Shown here: positions 28,450 to 37,595 of the stretch, one piece after another
Layout: each line of letters opens with the position of its first letter
Position numbering within the stretch: the stretch's first letter is position 1
Assembly: GCA_963665235.2 (NCBI GenBank)
Contig: CAXXLX010000001.1
Location: 1,056,001 to 1,120,000 of the forward strand
From: Candidatus Poribacteria bacterium
GTDB lineage: Bacteria; Poribacteria; WGA-4E; WGA-3G
Reading direction: 5' to 3'
Length of the DNA: 64,000 bases
Notes under the pieces: generated by a model
The model's input: only the letters and a program-made list of their open reading frames with translations
What the model was told of the DNA's origin: nothing
The model's database searches: none
Made by a program: the position numbers and the translations under genes

Positions 28450-29373
28450 TTAAATTTCGATAGGATACGCGGAGGTGCGATTGCCGAAATCTCCGTTAAC
28501 AACGTTTCCACCCGCGTAAGCCTCGCGAAAAAGCGTTTGACGTTGGGCAGGCATCGCCGCTATAAGTTGCGGATGCGGTGCCCAATTAGACCAACGACTC
28601 GCCACCGTGTTATACAAATTGGAGATACGCACTCGGTCCGGAGAAGAAATGCCAGCAATGTGCATCTGCGTCATCGATGCTGTCAAAAAGACAAGCGAAC
28701 CCGGCGGACACTGATATGTTTCCCAGAGCGATGAATTTGCTGACTGAACCCCTGCTGGCATCGAATATGCAGCCTTGTGGCTTCCTGCAATAAAGCGATA
28801 GTTATTTGTTTGTGCCTCAACCTCCGTGAGTTCCCATATCGCGCGCGTTAACCCGCTCCACCCGCGTCCGGGCACACATCGATAGATATGAGAATCGCCC
28901 GGCAATCGAAACAAACCGTGCCCGCTGTGTGGGGTGTCCTGTGATTCTGCGGGTGTAGCCCCGGCTCCGAAAATCAGCTCCGGTTCTTCAAGTCGGAACC
29001 CGTAGCACTCCTCACTCGCAGCGGGCGGGTATGCCAAAAACTCGTTTAAAAATCCGACAACAACCGGGTGGTCCGCCAACCTCTGTAGGGGTCCCCCAAG
29101 TGCACACCGCTGCGGCACTGGAATACTGTCAGGTTTAGTGTGCAGGCGTTCACAAAACTCCCGCATTTCTGTTATTTCCGTCGCCGATAAAACATCCGGA
29201 ATTAAAAGCAGCCCAATCCGATCGAAATCATATTTCTGTTTCTGTGTCGGAACGACAACAGACAAACCATCGGCATTAGTTTGTGTCAACGCTTCAGGTT
29301 CAACCTCAACAGCACTGCCGAGATTTTTATTCACAATAAAAGGTTTTTTCGTCGCAAGCTCTCTATAAGCCAT
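28450..29373 (-). CDS. PhyH-family paralog, divergent
   Basis: QKYDFDRIG, HSG, AGSHKA; the TEALTH position reads TASMTQ. Confidence 0.75.
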   Translation of the reverse strand: MAYRELATKKPFIVNKNLGSAVEVEPEALTQTNADGLSVVVPTQKQKYDFDRIGLLLIPDVLSATEITEMREFCERLHTKPDSIPVPQRCALGGPLQRLADHPVVVGFLNEFLAYPPAASEECYGFRLEEPELIFGAGATPAESQDTPHSGHGLFRLPGDSHIYRCVPGRGWSGLTRAIWELTEVEAQTNNYRFIAGSHKAAYSMPAGVQSANSSLWETYQCPPGSLVFLTASMTQMHIAGISSPDRVRISNLYNTVASRWSNWAPHPQLIAAMPAQRQTLFREAYAGGNVVNGDFGNRTSAYPIEI

Positions 29374-29589
29374 CAGTGTATTTCCTCCAGGCACAATGTT
29401 CGCGTGCATAGAGTATGCCACAAAACCGCTAAACTGTCAAGCGCATCACACACCCCACACCCAGGATTATTTAGTTCTCCATATTTTTCGCTGTTTGTTC
29501 AACACCCCTCTTATGTAGGTGCGTGCTGTGTCCTCTCTTCTGACAAAAAAACAAAAACACACCGCCCCCTCTTAGCCACAGCGGAGCGG

Positions 29590-29722
29590 TATGTTTATAG
29601 AATTTATGGCTGTTAGCTTATAGCTATTGGTAATAGCGAGAAGGTTGTGATGCTAAGCATATCTCTGCCGCGCATCAAAAACCTCTTCTTCTTGCTAATA
29701 GCCAATAGCCAATAGCCAATAA
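29590..29722. repeat. Heptamer-armed palindromic element, copy D
   Basis: ATGTTTATAGAATT start shared with copy C, (GCCAATA)n arm abutting the TonB receptor stop. Confidence 0.7.
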
Positions 29723-31990
29723 CTAAAAATGCAATTTATATAACAACTTCACATTTCTGCCCGGCTCCGGTTTCACCGACTTGATAAGAGACAGATGTTC
29801 TCGGTATTCCGTATTGAAGATATTTTCAAACTCAACAACCAGCATGCTCTGAAGTTGCCACACTGAAAAGTTGAGATAACCGCCAATATCATAGACGCGA
29901 TATCCAGCTGTCCGCTCCTCAAACTCACCCAGCCGGTCCTGACTTGCAGCAAAACGGGAGGTTAAATCGATATGAAAAGCAGGCTGCGCGTATCTAAAAA
30001 CGAGTTTACCGTTGAGCGGCGGAATGCGCTCCAACGGCTTACCGTTCGACGCAACTGTTCCGTTGACATAACTCATATTGAATTGGAGGTGAAAGTAGGG
30101 AAACATCTCCCCCTCAATCTGGAGCTCCGCACCATCCATCACAACGTCCTGGCCGGTATATTGATAAATCCATAACCACCCGGCTGCACCACTGCCCCAC
30201 TCCTTCGTTCCAGTGTTCGTCGGAATGAGATAGTTCTGTATCTGATTCCTGAACAAGGCTAGATTGAGTTTGACCCTATTACCTGAATATCGAGCAAAAA
30301 GTTCCGTACCATATCCGTTTTCATGCTTCAATTCAGCGTTCCCAATTTCGTAGGAATAGACCGCTAGATGCGGACCATCGCTGAAAAGCTCCTCAATACC
30401 CGGCGCGCGAAACGTTTTCATTAAGGTAGCCCCGGTGCTGACCCTGTCGGTCCAATAGTAGATGCCGGAAACAGCAGCCGATAGACCGTTAAAGTCGCGG
30501 CGTTCAACGGTACCAGCCCGAATGACAGTGCCGGGTCTAAACGGTTCAGCCCGTCTAATATCGTAACGGATAGCCCCTTGTAAAGTGAAGTTATTGAGGT
30601 TATACTGATTTAGATAGAAACCAGCCAATGCAAATTCGCGGGTGTGAGGTGTCCAGTAAAATCCGCCTGTTGCATGGTCCCGATATTCCCCCCAAACACC
30701 AACGATAGCGTTCTCTAACATGTAAGCCATCGCCGAGACATTGTAGGTTAGCACGCCGAATTCCACACCAAGCGTACCGTTGCCCTCTATCTCCTGATGC
30801 TGATAGCGGGTGTAGGCTGCCTGGAGTTTAATCTTATCAAGCCACGGCATCCCGAAACGATACGCCAACTGACCCTCATAACGTTGTCGGGCCAGGGCAA
30901 TGTTAACACCGGTAAGATGCCCCTCCGGGGAGCCGGGGACACCGTAATTCGAGCGGTAGCTGCTTCCAGAAACCCCCATGAAACCCCAGGGCTTAATCAA
31001 CGAAACCCCGCTTGAAAAATTGACATTCGACAAACCCGTGTTCTCAAGCGAACCGATTGGCGTTTGGATGTCCGATGCAAGACGGCGATTCCATGCAACA
31101 TTTCCTGCAAACTCCCCAATTGGAAAGGTGAAATCTGTCGAGGTTGTCCGACCCGAATTCACAGATTCACCTTGGAGCGTTAAATGCATGGCAAGCCGTT
31201 TCGGCAAAATTTCCTGGATATTACTGTTCTTAACATTGATGACACCGCCTAATGTACTTGAACCGTAGATAAGCGATGCAGGGCCACGCGTAATTTCAAT
31301 CCCCTCCGCAGCTGCTGGGTCAATTGATACAGCATGGTCCGCACTAGATGCAGATTTATCACCTGTACGTTCACCGTTTTCAAGAATCAGCAGTCTATCG
31401 CCACCTAACCCTCTAATCATAGGGCGTGCAACTGCACGGCCCATCATCCGTTGCGAAGTACCAACCTCGTCTGACAACGTATCCGCCAGGGTCATCCCTA
31501 TCCGTTTTTGAAGTTCAACCTCCGATAATACCAAGTCGGTTGTTTTAGCAAACTGTGAAATATCTCGGTTCGATCCGTGCACCGTAACCTTTTTCAATTC
31601 AAACAGCTGCCGCTCCAATTCAATCAGTAGTCCTTGCGTCTTTTCATTGACAACAACCGCCTCTTTAAGCGATTGATATCCCGTTTTAGCGAACCGAAGC
31701 GTCTGCTGTCCTTCTGGCACCGCCTCAAATTGGAACTGCCCGTTCGCGTCGGTAAGCACTGTCTTCTCAAGCGAAATGATATGGACAGTAACCCCAGCAA
31801 GCGTGTTCTGACGCAATACATCAATTACTTTCCCCCGCAGTGTCCAGGTTTTAACATGGGCACTTTCGGCGTTTTGGGGACAGCAAAACGGACACGTAAC
31901 GTTCAATAGGAGAGCAAATAGTAGGGAGGCGCGCCGCAAAAGCGCGCTTCCCAGAGAAGCTCTGTGCGTACAAGTACAAGCACATAACAT
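29723..31990 (-). CDS. TonB-dependent receptor, ZnuD-like metal uptake
   Basis: Carboxypeptidase-regulatory-like N-domain, plug RPMIRGLGGDR/DHAVSIDP/RGPASLIYG, GPHLA, C-terminal PGRN...F; start uncertain. Confidence 0.9.
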   Translation of the reverse strand: MLCACTCTHRASLGSALLRRASLLFALLLNVTCPFCCPQNAESAHVKTWTLRGKVIDVLRQNTLAGVTVHIISLEKTVLTDANGQFQFEAVPEGQQTLRFAKTGYQSLKEAVVVNEKTQGLLIELERQLFELKKVTVHGSNRDISQFAKTTDLVLSEVELQKRIGMTLADTLSDEVGTSQRMMGRAVARPMIRGLGGDRLLILENGERTGDKSASSADHAVSIDPAAAEGIEITRGPASLIYGSSTLGGVINVKNSNIQEILPKRLAMHLTLQGESVNSGRTTSTDFTFPIGEFAGNVAWNRRLASDIQTPIGSLENTGLSNVNFSSGVSLIKPWGFMGVSGSSYRSNYGVPGSPEGHLTGVNIALARQRYEGQLAYRFGMPWLDKIKLQAAYTRYQHQEIEGNGTLGVEFGVLTYNVSAMAYMLENAIVGVWGEYRDHATGGFYWTPHTREFALAGFYLNQYNLNNFTLQGAIRYDIRRAEPFRPGTVIRAGTVERRDFNGLSAAVSGIYYWTDRVSTGATLMKTFRAPGIEELFSDGPHLAVYSYEIGNAELKHENGYGTELFARYSGNRVKLNLALFRNQIQNYLIPTNTGTKEWGSGAAGWLWIYQYTGQDVVMDGAELQIEGEMFPYFHLQFNMSYVNGTVASNGKPLERIPPLNGKLVFRYAQPAFHIDLTSRFAASQDRLGEFEERTAGYRVYDIGGYLNFSVWQLQSMLVVEFENIFNTEYREHLSLIKSVKPEPGRNVKLLYKLHF

Positions 31991-32003
31991 ACCAATTCAC
32001 TCC

Positions 32004-32657
32004 TTATTGAACAGTTACGGGTATCGCAGAGGCTGCCGTGAAGTCCGGATGGTCCCCATGCATGAGCTGAAATGTGATTTGTGTCTCGCCCGCCTTTCGG
32101 CCGACAACCTCAAATCGCCACCGCTCTTCGTCCGCATGGTCATCCCCCTCATGGTCATCCCCCTCATGGTCATGGTCATCCCCCTCATGGTCATGGTCAT
32201 CCCCCTCATGGTCATCTTCACCTTCAGGCAGATGAATATCAATAATCGCGGGGTCATAATCCGTCAAGCGCAACATGAACATTTCCACTTCATCCCCCTC
32301 ATGGTCATGGTCATGGTCATGGTCGTCGTCCTCCTCTTCACTAACGGTGGTTTCCGCGCCGTCTGGGCCAAGAAAGGTGACATGCACCTCAATCTCTTCA
32401 CCGACACTCACTGTGAGCTTGCCAGTTGCGGTACCCTGAAATTGGCGATACGCCTCTGCGCCGTCGACCTCTAAGACAAAGCCGTCGACATCCGCATGGA
32501 ATGGTTCTTCATGATCATCATCATCAACAATAGGATTGTCAGTCTCGCCACAACCGCCAAGGAAGGGGAGCACTGCAACGAAACTCAGGAATATCAATCG
32601 ACAAATAGCGACAGAAGGGCCGCCTCTAAAAAAATGCTTTAACATTATATTCTCCAA
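32004..32657 (-). CDS. His/Asp-rich metal-binding lipoprotein
   Basis: LGGC lipobox, DHDHDH and (HEGDD)n tracts, LMHGDHPDF. Confidence 0.8.
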   Translation of the reverse strand: MENIMLKHFFRGGPSVAICRLIFLSFVAVLPFLGGCGETDNPIVDDDDHEEPFHADVDGFVLEVDGAEAYRQFQGTATGKLTVSVGEEIEVHVTFLGPDGAETTVSEEEDDDHDHDHDHEGDEVEMFMLRLTDYDPAIIDIHLPEGEDDHEGDDHDHEGDDHDHEGDDHEGDDHADEERWRFEVVGRKAGETQITFQLMHGDHPDFTAASAIPVTVQ

Positions 32658-32781
32658 TTAATTTTTTTAAGTAGCTGTAATAAAATAAATTCCAAATAAA
32701 CACGGGTGTCTTCGGGCTTCAATTAACTATTCCCGATTGAACGTAGAAAAACCCGACAGCACCCAACCATCTATAGATGCG

Positions 32782-33132
32782 TTAATCAGAGAATGTAGGG
32801 GGAGCACGACTACGGGGGTTAACAGTCGGTCGTAAAGGAGGGCGCGCGCCCTTATAAAGCGGCGGTTTAGACCTGCAAAAGTCAGGGGAGACAAACGTAT
32901 GGGCATAAACTTCAATCCCGACGCTCTGGCTGATATAGACACACGCAGCACAGTGCTCGTCAGCATGGCAGGGGTCGGCATGTTCATGTTCATGTTCATG
33001 TTCATGTTCATGTTCATGCTCATGCATCAGCACGGCAAAACTCAGAACCCCTACATACCAAAGTATTCCTAAAAGGAGTACCGTATTGAAAAAAGTCTTA
33101 TCGTTTCCCACAAATCTAAACACGTTTTGCAA
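32782..33132 (-). CDS. DUF2946/CruR-like leader protein (TM, (HE)7, CxxC, C-terminal RAPP)
   Basis: HCAAC and RSRAPP four residues before the stop, upstream of a TonB-receptor operon; start codon uncertain. Confidence 0.78.
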   Translation of the reverse strand: MQNVFRFVGNDKTFFNTVLLLGILWYVGVLSFAVLMHEHEHEHEHEHEHEHADPCHADEHCAACVYISQSVGIEVYAHTFVSPDFCRSKPPLYKGARPPLRPTVNPRSRAPPTFSD

Positions 33133-33204
33133 TAGGAGGGTGACCAGACGCGAGGTCCGCCGCTCCTTTCCTTAAAAAATGATTTTCTATTGAACGTGCT
33201 AAAT

Positions 33205-33234
33205 ATTATACCGTGACCATAGTGCAAATGTCAA
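33205..33234 (-). promoter_or_regulatory. Sigma70-type promoter of the metal-uptake operon (second copy at about 36993-37022)
   Basis: TTGACA-18 nt-TATAAT. Confidence 0.7.
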
Positions 33235-33380
33235 ATAAAATTTGAATCTTCTGTAGGAGCGTGCTTTGCACGCGATACCGTTCTAAAGAGACATACTTTA
33301 CACACCCGTTACCGATGGGTGTGTAAAATTTTTGTACTTAAACGTGAGTTTGAAAATAAATGTCCGTTTTCACTAATCTC

Positions 33381-34077
33381 TATAAATATATCGTCCCTAC
33401 GGGACTATGGGTTGTTGAAACATCTGCTTGTATAAATATATCGTCCCTACGGGACTATGGGTTGTTGAAACATCTACTTCTATAAATATATCGTCCCTAC
33501 GGGACTATGGGTTGTTGAAACATCTGCTTGTATAAATATATCGTCCCTACGGGACTATGGGTTGTTGAAACATCTACTTCTATAAATATATCGTCCCTAC
33601 GGGACTAGGGGTTGTTGAAACATCTGCTTCTATAAATATATCGTCCCTACGGGACTATGGGTTGTTGAAACATCTGCTTGTATAAATATATCGTCCCTAC
33701 GGGACTATGGGTTGTTGAAACATCTGCTTGTATAAATATATCGTCCCTACGGGACTATGGGTTGTTGAAACATCTGCTTGTATAAATATATCGTCCCTAC
33801 GGGACTATGGGTTGTTGAAACATCTACTTCTATAAATATATCGTCCCTACGGGACTAGGGGTTGTTGAAACATCTGCTTGTATAAATATATCGTCCCTAC
33901 GGGACTATGGGTTGTTGAAACATCTACTTCTATAAATATATCGTCCCTACGGGACTAGGGGTTGTTGAAACATCTGAAACTTCTATAAATATATCGTCCC
34001 TACGGGACTATGGGTTGTTGAAACATCTGCTTCTATAAATATATCGTCCCTACGGGACTAGGGGTTGTGGAAACATC
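33381..34077. repeat. Tandem array of 14 x ~50-bp units, each with a GTCCC-tac-GGGAC hairpin
   Basis: Unit TATAAATATATCGTCCCTACGGGACTA(T/G)GGGTTGTTGAAACATCT(G/A)CTT(G/C), starting every 50 nt from 33381 to 33931, then 33984 and 34034. Confidence 0.97.
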
Positions 34078-34164
34078 GTCCTCTGTGTAATCCGCGATTC
34101 AGACAACGCCGCAAATGCAAACCCCTAAAACTGTCCAAAGTTTAGTATATAAAGGGTAGCCCGG

Positions 34165-36612
34165 TTACAAAGAGGATTCCACAATCTCCGCTTGGGTCTT
34201 ACCGAAACGGGAGGAAACCTTTACTAAATCAAGGATATTTACGCGCCCATCCATATTCACATCCCCAACGAGACCATCGCCAATTTCACCGAATTGATTG
34301 GCAACCTTCACTAAATCCAAAATATTTACCACACCATCAGCATTCACGTCTGAGGGTACAGGAGTTATCGTCGTTGTTATGGTAAGCACAGCGGTTTTCG
34401 TGCTATCCGCGTGTGATGTCGCCGTAACGTCAATCTCATAGGTGCCCGGTTTTGTAAAGAAATCTCCCGCCGCTATGAAGATAACCTCGGCAGACGCACC
34501 GGCAGCTAGCACAATCTCTAACTGGCTAACCGGCTGTTCTGACGAACTTGTAGCAATGAATGTGCCGAGCACACTGCCCTCAATGCCAGCCTCTGCGGAA
34601 GAGTCAAGCACTATCGTGTCATCAGTATTCCCAGTGTTTGTAAGGGTAAGCATATAACTCACACCCGATAGCACATCCACGGTTGACCCAGTGCGTTCGC
34701 TATCCCCTTCAAACATCACCCTGTAAATAGGAGTAACTGGCAGAAGAGTCGTTGTAGTTGTCATTTTAGCGGTCTGTGTGCTATCCCCCTGGGAAGTGGC
34801 GGTAACCCTGACCGCGTAATCGCCGGCAGTCGATAGTGCAGTCGTAGACACTGTCATCGTCACTTCTGCTGAAGCCCCGGCGGATAGTGATACAGTGAAT
34901 TGACTTAATGTAGCAGCTGCATCGCCTATTGTTGTGATATCTATCACATCCGTTGTATTGCCAGCATTTGTGATTTTGAGGGTATAGCTAATCGGTTCAC
35001 CTGCTGCCGCTATCTCTTTTGTTAGATCACCCACGCCTGCTAATGTGACTCCGTAAATAGGGAGGATAGTAGTAGTCGTTGTAATATCAGCAGTTTTTGC
35101 GGTATCGTTTTGTGGTGTTGCTGTAAGTTTGACAACATAAGTCCCCGCGGTCGATAGTGTGGGATCGGACACTGTCACTATCACCTCTGCTGAAGCCCCA
35201 CTGCCGAGTGAAACAACAGACTGACTGACGGTAGCATTAACATCGCCTGACGTTGACAGGTTGAACGTATCATCTGTGTTGCCAGTGTTTGTGATTTTGA
35301 TTGTATAGCTAACTCCTGCACTTGCGTCTTCGGTCTCTTTTGTCAGCGTTCCTACAGCTGCTAACGTAACATCCGACCACGCGATGGGACGATGTAACGC
35401 GGTCGGATGTGTCTCGATCAATTTGGCGATATGCACCTGTCCCAATGCACGTGCTAGTTGTGCGGGTGTTTGTTTGCGCTTGTTCATGAGGTTGACCTTG
35501 ATGCTCGCTTGCGCTAACAGTAGCTCCACCATTACGCGGTCAGTGCGCTGCACGGCATAATGCAGTGCAGTCATCCCGCCTACATCGTAGGCGTTAAGGG
35601 CAAGGGTGGCATCGTCTTGCAGTATTTTACTTACCGTGTCAAGCGTCCCGTGCTTGGTCTCAAAAATTAGCGGATGCTTGGGGCGACAGCCGTAGGTTTC
35701 TTCCTCAAAGACATAATTGGGGAAGAAACAGTCTTCCACAGAGATGTCTTCGTGCAAGTACTTGTAGAGCCAGATGATGCCGTTTTTGTCATCTTCACTT
35801 AGATAGAAAGGTGGAGAATTTACAAAGGAGAAATCCGCCATGATGGATGACGGCTGCCTACCCATCGTGTGGGCGAGACCACCTGTGCTTAATCCGCCTA
35901 TGCTTAATCCGCCACCAACGTAGGTGTCAGCCAAGCCAAAGGCATGCCCTAGCTCATGCATGAGAATGTAGATGAGCTCTTGATCGCCATCGACGATACC
36001 GAGTGCTTCTTGCAGGCATACCCAAGGACCGTTGCCAGGACGGATGCCCATATATACTGTGGCGATGGATAAAGATCTGTCGCCTTTGCAGGCGAAGGTG
36101 ATGCCAGCGTCTAGCTCGGGCCAAGGGCGGTCAGGAACCGCACAGTCATCCATATCTGGCTGCCGCACGAAGATAAAGTCATCGGTAAACTGCTTGTCAG
36201 GGTAGTGGTCGCGCAGCGGCTGTATCCATGCTCGCAAGGCTTTGGCAATCAGTCCCTCAAGTTCTTTGTCCTTCTGCTTGAACTCATCAGGACAGTCAGC
36301 GGTGAAATTGTAGGCAATACGCCACTGGGGTCTATGTATTCTGTCCATCAAGACAGCAAGGCTGAATTCTCCTTTGAAGAGGTCTATAAACCCCTGTGCG
36401 GTGTGGCCAGTGTAAACCCGAAACCCCTGTGCGGGGTAGGCAGTATGAAAAAATAGACTGCACACCACTACCACCATAAAAATCCGGATTGTTTTTAAGT
36501 GTTTTCGTGTCCGTTGCATCTTTAATATGTTATCCTTTGGTTTGATACTAATTACGCCAGAGGGTATTAACCAAATAATGATGCACAAAAATGCAGCCTC
36601 TCTGAACAGCAT
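34165..36612 (-). CDS. Secreted zinc metalloprotease with ankyrin repeats, three Ig-like repeats and a dockerin-like C-terminus
   Basis: HELGHAFGLAD; GMTALHYA/TPAQLA; (Y.L.ITNxGNT.D) x3; DVNADGVVNILDLV x2; true start probably further downstream. Confidence 0.85.
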   Translation of the reverse strand: MLFREAAFLCIIIWLIPSGVISIKPKDNILKMQRTRKHLKTIRIFMVVVVCSLFFHTAYPAQGFRVYTGHTAQGFIDLFKGEFSLAVLMDRIHRPQWRIAYNFTADCPDEFKQKDKELEGLIAKALRAWIQPLRDHYPDKQFTDDFIFVRQPDMDDCAVPDRPWPELDAGITFACKGDRSLSIATVYMGIRPGNGPWVCLQEALGIVDGDQELIYILMHELGHAFGLADTYVGGGLSIGGLSTGGLAHTMGRQPSSIMADFSFVNSPPFYLSEDDKNGIIWLYKYLHEDISVEDCFFPNYVFEEETYGCRPKHPLIFETKHGTLDTVSKILQDDATLALNAYDVGGMTALHYAVQRTDRVMVELLLAQASIKVNLMNKRKQTPAQLARALGQVHIAKLIETHPTALHRPIAWSDVTLAAVGTLTKETEDASAGVSYTIKITNTGNTDDTFNLSTSGDVNATVSQSVVSLGSGASAEVIVTVSDPTLSTAGTYVVKLTATPQNDTAKTADITTTTTILPIYGVTLAGVGDLTKEIAAAGEPISYTLKITNAGNTTDVIDITTIGDAAATLSQFTVSLSAGASAEVTMTVSTTALSTAGDYAVRVTATSQGDSTQTAKMTTTTTLLPVTPIYRVMFEGDSERTGSTVDVLSGVSYMLTLTNTGNTDDTIVLDSSAEAGIEGSVLGTFIATSSSEQPVSQLEIVLAAGASAEVIFIAAGDFFTKPGTYEIDVTATSHADSTKTAVLTITTTITPVPSDVNADGVVNILDLVKVANQFGEIGDGLVGDVNMDGRVNILDLVKVSSRFGKTQAEIVESSL

Positions 36613-36643
36613 TACATCATCGCTATTTTAGGAATTTACGCCG

Positions 36644-36898
36644 TTACATGCAAAAGTCGGGTGAGACAAACGGAAGGACATAAACTTCAATCCCAACGCT
36701 CTGGCTGATATAGACACACGCAGCACAGTGTGCGTCAGCATGGCAGGGGTCGGCATGTTCATGTTCATGTTCATGCATCAGCACAGCAAAACTCATAACC
36801 CCTACATACCAAAGTATTCCTAAAAGGAGTACCGTATTGAAAAAAGTCTTATCGTTTCTCACAAATCCAGACACGTTTTGCAATAGGAGGGTGACCAA
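36644..36898 (-). pseudogene. Truncated duplicate of the DUF2946-like leader (RAPP tail missing)
   Basis: Near-identical to 32873-33234 but stops at SPDFCM; (HE)3 instead of (HE)7. Confidence 0.8.
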
Positions 36899-37034
36899 AC
36901 GCGAGGTTGCAATAGGAGGGTGACCAAACGCGAGGTCCGCCGCTCCTTTCCTTTAAAAGGTAAAAAATGATTTTCTATCGAACGTGCTAAATATTATACC
37001 GGGACCATAACGCAAATGTCAAGTGAAAATTGAA

Positions 37035-37345
37035 AGATGTTAGCAACAAACCTCTTTTTCGGTGTTTTCCGCGTCCTCTGTGTCCTCCGCGATTCAGACA
37101 AAACACAGGCGAAATCCACCCTTCCCCTCTTCCATCCTTCCATTCTTCCATGTGCATTCTGACAAAAAAGGCACAGATGTTAGCAACAAACCTCTTTTTC
37201 GGTGTTTTCCGCGTCCTCTGTGTCCTCCGCGATTCAGACAACACAGGCGAAATCCACCCTTTCACCCTTCCCCTCTTCCATCCTTCCATCCTTCCATCCT
37301 TCCATCCTTCCATCCTTCCATCCTTCCACCTCTCCCTGTGACAAA
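37035..37345. repeat. Tandemly duplicated composite intergenic element
   Basis: AGATGTTAGCAACAAACCTCTTTTT...GATTCAGACA...GCGAAATCCACCC+(TTCCATCC)n twice; inverted relative at 45175-45321. Confidence 0.85.
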
Positions 37346-37475
37346 AACTGGACGCACCCGATAAATAATTTATCCCTTGCTATTTTTTTGTATATCGTTT
37401 ATCAAATCTTCCGCTACAAAACCCCCATGCTTTAGCTGGGGGATGTAGTAGCGGTGCATGAGTTGAAATTTTAAT

Positions 37476-37504
37476 TTGACTTTTCCTCAAAAATGGGGTA
37501 TACT
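37476..37504 (+). promoter_or_regulatory. tnpB promoter
   Basis: TTGACT-17 nt-TATACT. Confidence 0.65.
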
Positions 37505-37595
37505 CTATTTAATGCCTTAGCGGAGAATCTATAGACTTCTCCGCCCCTTTTTAGAGGCAGGAAACCGAAAACTTTTCAAGGCAGGATACCCTTAG

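Noticed and set aside
26204-29421. Long overlaps among the sulfatase and PhyH ORFs in the ORF track
   Set aside because: RBS-supported downstream starts (27580, 28436, 29373) remove the overlaps
32007-33023. Alternative-frame (MN)n, (MV)n and (MT)n ORFs
   Set aside because: Frame shadows of His-rich microsatellite coding sequence
33381-34077. CRISPR array
   Set aside because: Sequences between hairpins are near-identical rather than unique spacers, and there are no cas genes in the window
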